Of a stretch of 64,000 nucleotides of DNA, positions 13,434-26,580 are shown in pieces. The DNA is taken from NCBI RefSeq assembly GCF_000143415.4, contig NW_003314265.1, forward strand, positions 696,405-760,404, written 5' to 3'. Both the position numbers and the translations under genes were made by a program. A model generated the notes under the pieces. That model ran no database searches. It saw only the letters and a program-made list of their open reading frames with translations, and was not told the origin of the DNA. The stretch is from Selaginella moellendorffii. Lineage: Eukaryota; Plantae; Lycopodiophyta. Position 1 is the first letter of the stretch; each line of letters starts with the position of its first letter.

Positions 13434-14053
13434 TTTGAAAGTGCAGAAAAGAAGTTAAGACCATACAAAAAATGATTGGAGAATGGCCTAAATCATAACA
13501 TACCAAACAACCTCAATAGCATGAGGCCACATGCCATTATTCAAACATGCTATTGACACCCACATGAAATTTCGCATTCACAAAATTGGCATGAGGCCTC
13601 ATGCCATCTTGATATACACACAGCTGCAGGCAAGTAAAAACATACATGACAATACGCTAGCCATGAAATTGCAAGGGCCCAAGATGGCATGTGGCCTCAT
13701 GCCATTTCTAAATGTGGTCCTAAGCCATTCCATGGTGAACATACCAGGAAGCACAAAGGCCGAATATCAAGAGGAAGCGGTAGCCACACCAAAGACAGTG
13801 CCGCTCGCAACACCGCAACTACTCGTAGCGCCGCTCGCAACACCACAACTGCTCGTAGCGCTGCTCGCACAAACTGCCACTCACATAAACTGCCGCTCGC
13901 AATGGCGCTCGCAATGCCGCAACCGCTCGTAGACGCATAAACCACAGCTAACAACGCCGCTTACACAAGCAGCGCTCACTGCGCTCAGCGGAACCAAGAA
14001 CACGGCGCATAAAAATGATAGACCTAGGAATGAGTTCGAGAATTCAAAAATAA

Positions 14054-15995
14054 CACACGCTTGAACGTCACATCAAATCCTCTGACAAACCAGATCTTAT
14101 GATTCCTCTGACAAATTTCAAACTGAGTAGCTTCTAGACTTTGCTATCGGAGGTTGAACTTTGTCACATCATGTCCTTGCCTCGATCCAGCTGTGCCATG
14201 TTAGTGATTCGAACTTTGCCATGCCGTGTCAGCGATCCGCGCCAAGATTATTTGCCGTGTAAAAGAATAATTATGCTGTGTATGTACGTCCATTTATGGC
14301 AATATAAGGCCACACGCCATTCAAAGAATAATGCTAGTCGAGCATTTTTTGGTGCATTTTTGGGTTCAAAATTGCATGAGCCCACACGCTATAAAGTTTA
14401 CCTGTACCAAAAATAGAAACAGCTTTATTTACTTGGGAATTTAAGTGGTTGAGGCATTTTTAAACTTACAAACACATGCCCTACTTACATTCCTTTGGTT
14501 GCTTAAAATTCAAAAATATTATAAACCTTTCTTTTTGCATTTTCAATGTTTTCAATTATGGTTTTTGATTTTCGCAGGACCAGCCTAGTAATCTATTTGC
14601 ATCCCGTCATGTTTATAGCTAGCTTTCGTTTGTCCCCTTCGCTAGGCTGAGATACATCTGCTCGGCATCTGCCTCTTACAGCATTTGCCCAGAAAGGGCA
14701 TCTTTCTTCACGCAGCATTTGCCACATGTTTAGGGTTTAGGGTTTAGGGTTTAGCAATTCAGTAGCTTGATAAACATGCAAATACAGAACTTGATGCAAA
14801 ATCCTTTTATATGTCACAATGCCCCTAGGACCATAAACACATTTCAATAGAGAGGGTTCTTTCATTTCATAACTCCTTACGTAGATCTTGGTGAAACCAG
14901 AGTTAGTGAAGTTGGTTTCTTGTGATCCCGCATCTGATTGTGATGTCCCTTTGCAGTGTCGATGGAAAGGTCAATGCACACCAAACTGTAAAATCTTGGA
15001 GCAAAATAACGGTCGAATCTATGGCAAATGCCCCTGAAACATTGTAAAGCTTGTGTGGTCTTATGTGGTGTCCGATCGAGATGCTTCTTTGCAGGGTCAT
15101 CAAGAAAGACATTGTATACCATTCTGTAAAATCTAGTTGCAATCTAACGGTTGGATCTCCAGAAAACTCAAAAAAATCTCGCGCATGTCAGAATATTCTA
15201 GGAATATACTCTTATGTGCCCCTGAAAATGGCATGCGGCCCCACGCCATTCAAGAGATAACGCCAGATGACGCCGACCATTTTTTGGTGCATTTTTTGGG
15301 ATCAAAATTGCATGAGCCCACACGCTTGAACGTCACATCAAATCCTCTGACAAACCAGATCTTATAATTCCTCTGACAAATTTCAAACTGAGTAGCTTCT
15401 AGACTTTGCTGTCGGACGTTGAACTTTGTCACATCATGTCCTTGCCTCGATCCAGCTGTGCCATGTCAGTGATTCGAACTTTGCCATGCCATGTCAGCGA
15501 TCCGCACCAAGATTATTCGCCGTGTAACTGCTCGGCATCTGCCTCTTACAGCATTTGCCCAGAAAGGGCATCTTTCTTCACGCAGCATTTGCCACATGTT
15601 TAGGGTTTAGGGTTTAGGGTTTAGCAACTCAGTAGCTTGATAAACATGCAAATACAAAACTTGATGCAAAATCCTTTTATATGTCACAATGCCCCTAGGA
15701 CCATAAACATATTTCAATAGAGAGGGTCCTTTCATTTCATAACTCCTTACGTAGATCTTGGTGAAACCAGAGTTAGTGAAGTTGGTTTCTTGTGATCCCG
15801 CATCTGATTGTGATGTCCCTTTGCAGTGTCGATGGAAAGGTCAATGCACACCAAACTGTAGAATCTTGGAGCAAAATAACGTTCGGATCTATGGCAAATG
15901 CCCTTGAAACATTATAAGGCTCGTGTGGTCTCATGTGGTGTCCGATCGAGATGCTTCTTTGCAGGGTCATCAAGAAGGACATTGTATACCATTCT
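14054..15995. repeat. Internal direct duplication (14054-14259 with 15319-15525; 14659-15125 with 15528-15995), each copy containing (TTTAGGG)3TTTAG
   Basis: Near-identical blocks are visible; telomeric repeats lie at 14729-14754 and 15599-15624. Confidence 0.9.
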
Positions 15996-16382
15996 TTATT
16001 TAGTTGAACATCTGGCATTTTTGGAAATATAAGATGCTTTGGAATATCCAATCATGCATGGTATAAATATAGCGAGGGTATTAAATGATATCCCAATCAT
16101 GATCTTTCTTTTGGATTTTGCGTGCATGCAGTCTGAGGAATGATGACGTTGCGGATTTCTTTTGGATTTCACGTGCATGCATGCGCGCGGCGATCCAGAA
16201 ATTAATGGTGGCGCCCAAGTCCGAGGAATGATGACGTTGCGGGATTACCAACCGTTGTGACATTTCGCGCGTGTGAGGTTAGGTTTTGCATCGTACTTGC
16301 GCTCGCACACTCGCGCTCGCATCGCGCTCCCACTCGCGATCACGCTCACATTCGCACTCATCTACCTTCTCTACAGGTTTCT

Positions 16383-16563
16383 CGTGTGCATCGGCGTCCA
16401 CTCGCGCTTGCATCACACTCGCGCTCGCATCGCGCTCGTGTGCATCGGCATCCACTCGCGCTTGCATCACACTCGCGCTCGCATCGCGCTCGTGTGCATC
16501 GGCGTCCACTCGCGCTTGCATCATACTCGCGCTCGCATCGCGCTCGTGTGCATCGGCGTCCAC
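16383..16563. repeat. 54-bp CpG-rich tandem repeat (about 3.3 copies) upstream of the cargo gene
   Basis: Unit CACTCGCGCTTGCATCACACTCGCGCTCGCATCGCGCTCGTGTGCATCGGCGTC. Confidence 0.9.
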
Positions 16564-16771
16564 TTCAAGACACACCCAGTTTGTAACTTCGCCGCCAACT
16601 CCGCCGCCCACTCCGCCACCCACACACAGCCCACTTGGCGTCCCGGAAGATTTCAGCGCCACTCTCCAACTGTAAGTGGCAGAGTAGCCTTGCTGCTACG
16701 ATCCGCTGCACACACAGTGCACATTTGCCAGCGAGTCCGGCCTCGATTGTCACGCCTCCATTCGGCTTCAA

Positions 16772-18976
16772 ATGGTAAGTCTTTTAGGCCAAGTAGAAAA
16801 TGGCATGAGGCCACATGCCATTCAGTAGCAACATTGGCATGCACCGATTGGGCTCTCGAGTGCAGTCCGGTTACAGATGGCGTGTAGCCTCACGCCATCT
16901 TAGGATGCAGCCTCAAGACATCTGATGCAGTGGTGAATGGCGTGTGGCCTCACGTTATTTCCAGCTACTAGCTTTTCATCTGTCATCTCTAATTGTTGTG
17001 CATTTCTGAACAGGCGAGGAATTGCGTTCTTCTTCCAGCCACTGTCAATGTGGATGCAGAGAAGGGGGAGGAGCTCACCAGTTGGACTTTCGGGATGGAA
17101 GGCGAGGATCTGAGGCTGTACAACACAGATGGTGGGAGAAAAGAATGCATGGGGATCCTCATCCAAGTGACAGACACTCCATGCAGTTCCATGCAAGAAT
17201 ATGGACTGGCACTTGTGGTAGAGACAGCATCCGCCTTCAAGATCCACCTTGCACATCCTAGCGGCTTCCCAGAGGGGGGCAGCGGCTATGAGGAATTCCT
17301 AGAGGGAGCTAGGGAGAGGTTGTCCAGGAGGCCCACAATTTCAAAGACGCTACGGGTCTATGAAGATCACATAGAATCCACGGACCTCACCTACGGTGAT
17401 GTTCAAAAACTATATTCCAACATTGAGCCGTTGAGAGTGCCTCCAGTTCGCGAAGCGAAGGGGAAGGGGGTCGATCTGGAAATTACCCCAAAGCAGAAAA
17501 GGGTGGTCAAGCTTAAGCCGACGTCCGACTCTCCTGCTCCAAAAAAGAAGCTACTCGGTGATGCCATTGCCTCGGGTTCGAACACTACACCCACCAAAAA
17601 GAAGAGCCGCAAAGAGCAGAAAGAGCAAGAAGAGGCAGCAAAAATCGTCGCAGATAATAGTACTTGTTACTATTCCAACAAAGTATATACAATCGACGTG
17701 AGCCGTATCGACATCCAAAGCAAATACAACCACAGGCTAGTATCTGATGAGTGGGAGGAGAAACTGAAGCAGAAGATACTGGCAAGTCCAGTAACACCCG
17801 ACATCACAGACATGATCCCCTACTACCGAACAATGAAGGGCGAGACGAGGTTTCCAGACTTGATCAATAGGAAGGTGTTGGATGATCAGAACATCCGGTT
17901 CTATGCCGTCTCCGGGCAGCATTCTAGCTTGGCGATGCAAAAGATAGTTGTGGATATTATGGTGGGCGATGAGGTGAAGAAAGTCTTCAAAACAAGAGTT
18001 GTCCGCCTGATAAAAGGCAACTCGCCCCTCCGATCTATCATATACATCTCCCACGCGCAGAATGTCAAGCAAGAAACGTGGTCTGCACGAGACATTGGCA
18101 CGAACACGGAAGCTCTGGGTTCAACTGAAGAAGCCACAAAAACCAGGACAAAGACGTGCACTAGCAACTAGTGCTTGGCAGGTAAGCCTCGTTGCATGTG
18201 GCATAGCATGTGGCCTCACGCCATTTCCATTGTAGGAATTCTCGAGTCTTCTCTCGAAAACACTGGCGGTCAATGACACACTCAGCATCCATAACATTCT
18301 ACTCGCGACAAAAGTTGTTTTTGACAAATGGGTAGATGTGCTGAGGAGGTACCATGACGGGGAGTTGCTAAACTCAATGGGTGTGGAGGACGGCCGGAAG
18401 CCCAATGATTTGAAGCTCAACGCCTTGCATTTCTCGCGTCTCTAGACGACGACGACCTTCTGACAGTGGCTAATGCTCTTCTATGTGGTGAGGTAGTCTT
18501 CAACAAGAGCAAAATGACTCCCGGCCATATTGTGACATACGAGGACTTGTGCACGACTCTGAGAGCTCGTGCGCTATTGAAGGATTGGATCTTCGAGCAA
18601 GTGGCCGTGGAGAGGGTGAGCATCGACACCACGCAAGAGATGATGGAAGAGCTGGAGTTGTCAAATGAAGACATCGACGAGTACGTGAAGGGGGCCCCCA
18701 AGTTCATCGATCTGCTGCGGGATGCCACGAAAAGTAAAGCTGAGAAGTTGGATCAGTATCCAAATTTCATTAAGAGGGATGTCGACCGTCGGCTTCAGAA
18801 ACAGCTCGACCCCGCAGCAGAGGCCTATCGAGAACCTTACCGGGTATACGTGAATTCGGATAAGGATCAAAGGTGGAGGAGCATCATTTCCCGCGGAGAT
18901 GAGCAGGTCAAGAACATCTTTTGTGTGATGGACTTCACAAACGAGGAAATCACTCATGCAGACGAAGTCAGCTCCA
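16772..18976 (+). pseudogene. Transposon cargo gene, 5' part, with a ParB/Sulfiredoxin-like domain; frameshifted and interrupted by an LTR element
   Basis: ATG|GTAAGT at 16772-16780 splices in frame to CAG|GCG at 17014. The 392-aa ORF has K-rich NLS-like stretches, then YTIDVSRI...NHRLVS...KLKQKI...FYAVSGQHS. Intron at 18182-18235; frameshifts near 18085 and 18425. The frame continues at 26581 once the insertion is removed. Confidence 0.6.
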
Positions 18977-19559
18977 TGTGAGACACAAAATCCCTAGGCC
19001 CCAAAGTGGAGCCGAAAGGGCGCCACGTGGTAGTGGCCGAAGCGAGAGCCAAACGAGCGTAACACGTTTGGACCAAAAGCTCCGACTTGAAAAGTCAAGA
19101 GCGGGAGTGGAACTCCCAACGAAGTGCTCGAGGAACGAGCACGAAGCGAGCAAAAAGCGAGGCTCCAAAAAGGGACCCAAAAGGACCAACACATGACACG
19201 TGGAAGTGTCCGAGATGGACTCGAGTTGGAGTCCGAAGTGGAGTCCGAGATGGACTCGAGTTGGAGTCTGAAGTGGAGTCCGAGATGGACCCGAGATGGA
19301 GTCCGAGATGGAGTCCGAGATGGAGTCCGAGATGGACCCGAGATGGAGTCCGAGATGGAGTCCGAGATGGAGTCCGAGGTGGACCCGAGATGGACCCGAA
19401 ATGGAGTCCGAGATGGAGTCCGAGATGGAGTCCGAGATGGAGTCCGAGATGGAGTCCGAGATGGACCCGAAATGGAGTCCGAGATGGACCCGAGATGGAG
19501 TCCGAGATGGAGTCTGAGATGGAGTCCGAGATGGAGTCCGAAGTCGAGACCGAGACCGG

Positions 19560-19597
<38 letters not shown>

Positions 19598-22500
19598 TCG
19601 GGACCGAGACCGAGACCGAGGCCGAGGCCGAGACCGAGCCCGAGCCCGAGCCCGAGTCCGAGTCCGAGTCTGAGTCCGAGTCCGAGTTTGAGTCCGAGTC
19701 CGGAGCCTGAGAGGGTGAAAGCCCAAAGCGTTCGTCTCCCAGACCCTGGGGGGTTTGGTGAGCTCCAAAAGTATAGTAGGGGGAGGACTGCAGTGGAGCC
19801 AGTTTGGCCAGGAAAGGCCAGTTTGGCCCAGGAAGGCCGGACCCAGTGTTGGGTGATGAGCTGCCCACTGGGAAGTCCAAGACTAGAGTGAACACAGACC
19901 GACAAGCGGGGTAGCTTGGTGAAGTGTTCAAGAGTCGGCTCTAGTTCCCCCGGGAGATCGACTGGCCGATGCTCCCAGTCCAAGTGTGGGTGGCACTACC
20001 TACTTGGATACCTGGTGTGGCTCAACGGAACCCGCTCTAAGCCCATGGCTAGAGCACCTAAAGACGAAAGGCGGGGAGAGTACCCATGAGGCTTGCGTAA
20101 GGCCACGGTGTTCCGAAATGGTGTCCCAAAGTCCCAGACTGTGGAAAGGAAGAGGGGTAGCCCTCCGGTGTGGTGACCAAGGACACAGTCACACAGTGAG
20201 GAAGTCCTAGAGGATAGTGGGACTTAGTGGTCGGGCCGGTGGGCCTCGATCCAGTGGCAGTGTTGGCGAACACAGCCAAGGACAGAAAGGGACTTGGTGG
20301 GGACCGGAACAGAGATATTGGGGAAGGCTATTCCCCATGTCTGTAGGCATCCTAAGGATGTTAAGGAGTGGATCTGGGATGACCACTCATGGATGGATGA
20401 CCCAGTCTTTGAGAGACGGGATTGGAATGTAGGTGGTGTTGGACCACCAGTGTGACCAAGGTAAATGGGCATGGCCTTAGCGTAACGGGCCGATATGTCG
20501 GTGGTACCTTGGGGTGTCGATCATGGGATCGGACACGTGGAGCACTTGGACCAAGTGCTAAGGTTGAGTGGCATGGATGCCATTCTCGGGGCTAGCAAGC
20601 CCCAAGTCCTGAGTTGGGCTTATGGAGGTTGTGAATGAGACTCCTCCAAGTGGTCGGAGGTGTGGTTAAGTGACTAAAGTAGAATGGAAAAATTAGTCGC
20701 TTACAACTTGGTATCGGAGCTGTTCCTTAGTCCGACTTTTATTGGTGCTCAAGTATATCACCACTGGTGTTGGCAACGGAAGGTCCGAGAAGTGGGCCTA
20801 TCCTTGAGGAGTAGCAGGTCGGGAAGACATGGCTCTCTATTACAGTTCATGTGTGAACTTGTAGACAAGGTGGTGGATAGAAAAGGGGCCAATAATGGAA
20901 CGACTTTGGGATCTTGGGAACAGTGCAAGGTTTTCCTCATTGAGTTGAGGAGGTGATCCAGATGAGCGTTTGACTCAGCAAACGGGCTAATGTAGTTGGG
21001 GTAAACAACTATAGTTGGGATCACGGGGAAGATAGAGACTCCAAAAACAATAAAGGAGTCACAAGTTTATCCTCACATGGTTGAGGCTGGTGCTCATGAA
21101 GGTGAGACCGGAATGGATGACCGTGAGAGGTCAAGTATGGATGAGGACGCAAGTCCTCGAAATGGTAGCCGGGGCTACCTCTAATAAACGCTGGAACAAC
21201 CCAAGGAGTTGGGGGTGTATTAAGTGGATGAGTTGGTATTCTCATCACATGGACAAGTAGTCCTAAGGGGCAAAGGTTGCCCTCAGAGAACAAAATCAAG
21301 TGTCGGAGTAACACTTGTGAAAATAGTCCTTTTGAGTAGGACAGGAATGCAAGAAGTGTATTCCAGTGAGCTAGTGCCTCACAAGTAGGACCTTACAGGT
21401 CTGTGGATTAACCAACTCCAAAACTACTGGATGACTCAAGTAGAGTCAAGGCATGGTCCTAAAAGGACTGATGGAAGCATTTGGACTGAGGTGTGTTGTA
21501 CCCCACAAAGGATGGGGAGGGGGGATCATAGGATCCAAGGATGAGAACAGAGGGTATCTCATCGATGGCAAAATGTGCCATGCTAAAGTTATGGGAAAGG
21601 TGTTCCCAGAACAAAACAACTTTGACATGAAGTTGTGTGTGACCTCTATGGTGCAGTGCTAACGGATGGTTGGCATGAGAAAGAGCAGTGTTGGTCTTGG
21701 CAAAGACTTAGACACGAAGGGGAAATGTCGTAGAGGTAGGCTCGTGGAGCCGATGGTGTGGAGACACCAAATGTGCCAAGGTGTGATACCTTGAGGCTAT
21801 GTTGGTGGGTTCATGAGAACCCCTTGCCAAAGGAATCCCAGTGGAAATGGGAATGGCATAGCCTAAGCTGCAGAGCATGCAGTTGGAGTGTGGTGACCCA
21901 GATAATGATGGAGGTGTGAAAGCACCAAGCAATGAGTTGTAGGACTTGACAACTATGAGGCAACTAAGCAAGAGGTGCAAAATAACTGGTTAAACGGGTA
22001 GAAAGTAGCTACCCAAGACTTCTTAATAGCATAGGGAAGTTGGATATACCCTTACGGGGGATAAGTTGCTTGTGTTGCGATATAGTAAGTCAATGTCATA
22101 AAAGGAAATACTCATTGTCAAGAAAGCTATCATTGGGACACCTGAACACTCTAGAACACCAGAAGGTGGTGTTTGATGTCGCGAGGGCAATGGATAAAGC
22201 CCAAGGGACTAAGTCCCTAGCGAAGGATGGATAAAGGTGCTATCCAAATGTCCAAGGTTGCGGAGACAGGAGAGGACTGTCTACCCGAGTTGGACAAAGC
22301 CAAGAATGGAATTTTGGCAAGGCTAGTGATGGGCATGTAAAGGCCCATAAGCAACAATGTAATCCCAGTGTGTGGGATTATAAGGTGAGCATACCCGGAT
22401 TGAGGAACCACTCCCTGGGCTATTGGGTAGGTTCATCCCTAAGAATACTTGCTAAGGCATGATAGAAAGTGCAAAGTTATCCTCCTGGTCTGGAGGAAAA

Positions 22501-25500
22501 TAACCAAAGGAAACATATGGGGCCAAAAGGCAAGTAGTATTAGGATGGAACTGAACCATAGAAATCGAAGGGCATAACCAAGGTTGGTTATGCCAGCTGG
22601 GAGTGGAGAATCAAGTGGGGGCTCGAGGGGGTTGCCGCTAGCAACCGTGATGCCATGGAGAGTCTAAGTTATGGAATTGTCCATGTTAGACTATGTGGCA
22701 TTTGGAAGGCTTGCAAAAGGGAGGCCTTAGCAAGCTGAGGGACAGAGTTCCTTCAAGGTTCCTAAAAACAATTCTAGGTAGCTTAGTGCCTAGAAAGGCC
22801 AAGTGTAAATGGTTCATGGAACGCGCGAAATCAGAGTGGCGTAGTAGAAACGTGGTCTTGAAGCTTGCCATGAGGCAAGGCTATCAAGGTTAGGGAAGTA
22901 GTTCCCGAGTGTTCAAAGAGAGGGCTTTGAACGAAAGTCGATGGTCAAGGACTTTCACGCTTATGCAGGAACCATGTTACAGTGGTCGGAGAACTTGCCA
23001 AGCGAGATTGGCACGTCGGGGGAACAAATACCCTAGTTGAAGGTGATAACTTCAAAAAGGGTGGGCCATGGGGCCGAGCATGGAGGAGTCCATGCATGAT
23101 CACAGACATGTCAAGTGAGAGGACTTGGCAGTGTGGAGGAACTAGGTTTCTAAGCTGTGATCTATAGCGCGCTTTAAAAATAGGTTGGTGCACCGGCGTG
23201 GGGAGTCACGCCAGGCATCTTGTGTGATGCCGTCCATAGATGCATATACGGAGGTTGGGTTCGAGTCCCGACCCTCTAGTGCTTGGGTTCGAGTCCCAAA
23301 TCACTAGGGCGTGGTGATGGTTTGGAATATGAGGACACTCATATTTCGGTGGTCATGGACTCTCAGTGGGGAGACTGGTTTGGGCACACCGCCAAGCGAG
23401 GGATGCCTCGGAGTCGTGATGCACGGTTAGATTGCTTAGAGTGAAAGCTCGGCATATCTAACTTGAACGCTTTGGTGCAAGTGGCACCAAGGACGTGGTG
23501 AGTGAGATGGGGACACCTAATCTCGGTTGCTATGAACCCTTAGCCGTAAGGGCTGGCTTGGGTGCACCGCCAAGTGTGGGGGATGCCCCCGGGGTTATAG
23601 TCAACAACTTGAAGGTCTAGAAGACCAAGTACCTCTTGGCAACTCTGTTAAAGTGCCAAGGTGAGATCACTAGGTGATCTTATGGCCAAATAAGGACAAG
23701 GTCCTTGGTTGGCTAAGGAATGAAGTTCCTGGTTCAAAATGTTGAAATTGAACTGTTTAAGGTGGTGTGGCTTGGTCATGATGACCAAGTGGGAAGAGCA
23801 CCTAACGGAAATAAACTATGTCCTTGCGATGGCATAGTGAGTCCGAGGAAAGTAGTCTCTATAAGAGACCCATGGGAGGGTCACGAAGTTGGGCCGTGGA
23901 TAGAGCCCATAGCAGAAGATGCTAAAGAGACGTACTAGGGGTGAACATCCTCCGGACTTGGCAAAGAAGAGTCTTTGCTATGAAACCGAAAGAATACCTC
24001 AAAAATGGAGGTAGCGATCCTATGTTGCTGGGTGCAACAATCAAGGGTAGGAGCAAAGGACTAGTGGCCAAGTTTGGGCCATGGAATTTAATGGAAGGGA
24101 TCCAAATGGCAAAGTTAGCCAAGGAACACTAATGTGTTTGATGCTAACGGTTTGTGGGAAAGGAAGTAGACTTCCAAGGATGGATTCCTAAGTGCTCCAA
24201 TTTGGCGAAGTAAAAGCTCCAAGTGAGGGAGCGGCAAAGTAGCCAAAAGATAGGGCCGTGGACAGCCCTAGCACCAAAATATGATAACTGGAACTCAGTG
24301 CCCAAAGGTGGCATGAAATCGAACAAAGGATGATGGTGCCCTCAAGTGGAGAACTTCCTAGGATGAGGAAGTGGAGTTGCACAATATGTGCAATGCAAGG
24401 TGTCGGAGACACCTAGGAAATTGACTTCGAAAAGTCAGAATTAAAAGTTCCAAGGTGCATGGATTATGTTGAGGGAAAGTGAGACCACTCGAGAATGAAT
24501 AGTGGGATCAAGTTAGAGAAGGTGTCTCTAACAGGTTTAGTGAGAACTAGACCAATAAATGGAGAGAACCACCACAAGTGGTCAAATGAGCCTCTAAGTT
24601 GGAGAGGCTATGCTCCTTACAGGACGGACAAGGCATGGTGAGCCTTTGGTGTCAAACCATAGACAACTATTGGCTAGGTGCCAAGGATGGAAGTGGTAAC
24701 ACGTGTGGGTTTTACTTTATAAAAGGGTTTACTGTTCGATGAGGACATCGAACTTTGTCTATGGGTGGTGGAGTTGTGAGACACAAAATCCCTAGGCCCC
24801 AAAGTGGAGCCGGAAGGGCGCCACGTGGTAGTGGCCGAAGCGAGAGCCAAACGAGCGTAACACGTTTGGACCAAAAGCTCCGACTTGAAAAGTCAAGAGC
24901 GGGAGTGGAACTCCCAACGAAGTGCTCGAGGAACGAGCACGAAGCGAGCAAAAAGCGAGGCTCCAAAAAGGGACCCAAAAGGACCAACACATGACACGTG
25001 GAAGTGTCCGAGATGGACTCGAGTTGGAGTCCAAAGTGGAGTCCGAGATGGACTCGAGTTGGAGTCCAAAGTGGAGTCCGAGATGGACCCGAGATGGAGT
25101 CCGAGATGGACCCGAGATGGAGTCCGAGATGGAGTCCGAGATGGAGTCCGAGATGGACCCGAGATGGAGTCCGAGATGGAGTCCGAGATGGAGTCCGAGG
25201 TGGACCCGAGATGGACCCGAAATGGAGTCCGAGATTGGAGTCCGAGATGGACCCGAGATGGAGTCCGAGATGGAGTCCGAGATGGACCCGAAATGGAGTC
25301 CGAGATGGACCCGATATGGAGTCCGAGATGGAGTCCGAGATGGAGTCAGAGATGGAGTCCGAAGTTGAGTACCGAGTCCGGGACCGAGTACGAGACCGAG
25401 ACCGAGACCGAGACCGAGATCGGGACCGAGACCGAGACCGAGGCCGAGGCCGATACCGAGATCGGGACCGAGACCGAGACCGAGGCCGAGGCCGAGACCG

Positions 25501-26575
25501 AGCCCGAGCGCGAGTCCGAGTCCGAGTCCGAGTCCGAGTGTGAGTCCGAGTCCGAGTCTGAGTCCGAGTCCGGAGCCTGAGAGGGTGAAAGCCCAAAGCG
25601 TTCGTCTCCCAGACCTTGGGGGGTTTGGTGAGCTCCAAAAGTATAGTAGGGGGAGGACTGCAGTGGAGCCAGTTTGGCCAGGAAAGGCTAGTTTGGCCCA
25701 GGAAGGCCGGACCCAGTGTTGGGTGATGAGCTGCCCACTGGGAAGTCCAAGACTAGAGTGAACACAGACCGACAAGCGGGGTAGCTTGGTGAAGTGTTCA
25801 AGAGTTGGCTCTAGTTCCCCCGGGAGATCGACTGGCCGATGCTCCCAGTCCAAGTGTGGGTGGCACTACCTACTTGGATACCTGGTGTGGCTCAACGGAA
25901 CCCGCTCTAAGCCCATGGCTAGAGCACCTAAAGACGAAAGGCGGGGAGAGTACCCATGAGGCTTGCGTAAGGCCACGGTGTTCCGAAATGGTGTCCCAAA
26001 GTCCCAGACTGTGGAAAGGAAGAGGGGTAGCCCTCCGGTGTGGTGACCAAGGACACAGTCACACAGTGAGGAAGTCCTAGAGGATAGTGGGACTTAGTGG
26101 TCGGGCCGGTGGGCCTCGATCCAGTGGCAGTGTTGGCGAACACAGCCAAGGACAGAAAGGGACTTGGTGGGGACCGGAACAGAGATATTGGGGAAGGCTA
26201 TTCCCCATGTCTGTAGGCATCCTAAGGATGTTAAGGAGTGGATCTGGGATGACCACTCATGGATGGATGACCCAGTCTTTGAGAGACGGGATTGGAATGT
26301 AGGTGGTGTTGGACCACCAGTGTGACCAAGGTAAATGGGCATGGCCTTAGCGTAACGGGCCGATATGTCGGTGGTACCTTGGGGTGTCAATCATGGGATC
26401 GGACACGTGGAGCACTTGGACCAAGTGCTAAGGTTGAGTGGCATGGATGCCATTCTCGGGGCTAGCAAGCCCCAAGTCCTGAGTTGGGCTTATGGAGGTT
26501 GTGAATGAGACTCCTCCAAGTGGTCGGAGGTGTGGTTAAGTGACTAAAGTAGAATGGAAAAATTAGTCGCTTACA
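18977..26575 (+). mobile_element. Non-autonomous LTR retrotransposon (LARD-like)
   Basis: LTRs at 18977-20705 and 24775-26575; TSD CTCCA at 18972-18976 and 26576-26580; PBS TGGTATCGGAGC at 20709-20720; purine-rich ATGGGTGGTGGAG tract before the 3' LTR; about 4.1-kb interior with no recognisable gag/pol ORF. Confidence 0.93.
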
Positions 26576-26580
26576 CTCCA

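Noticed and set aside
14729-15624. Chromosome end
   Set aside because: Only about 3.7 telomere units per tract, internal to a duplicated module.
16257-16887. Overlapping repetitive ORFs
   Set aside because: Produced by the 54-bp tandem repeat.
20721-24774. Coding capacity inside the LARD
   Set aside because: Only short ORFs, with no gag, PR, RT or INT motifs recognisable; very decayed remnants cannot be excluded.
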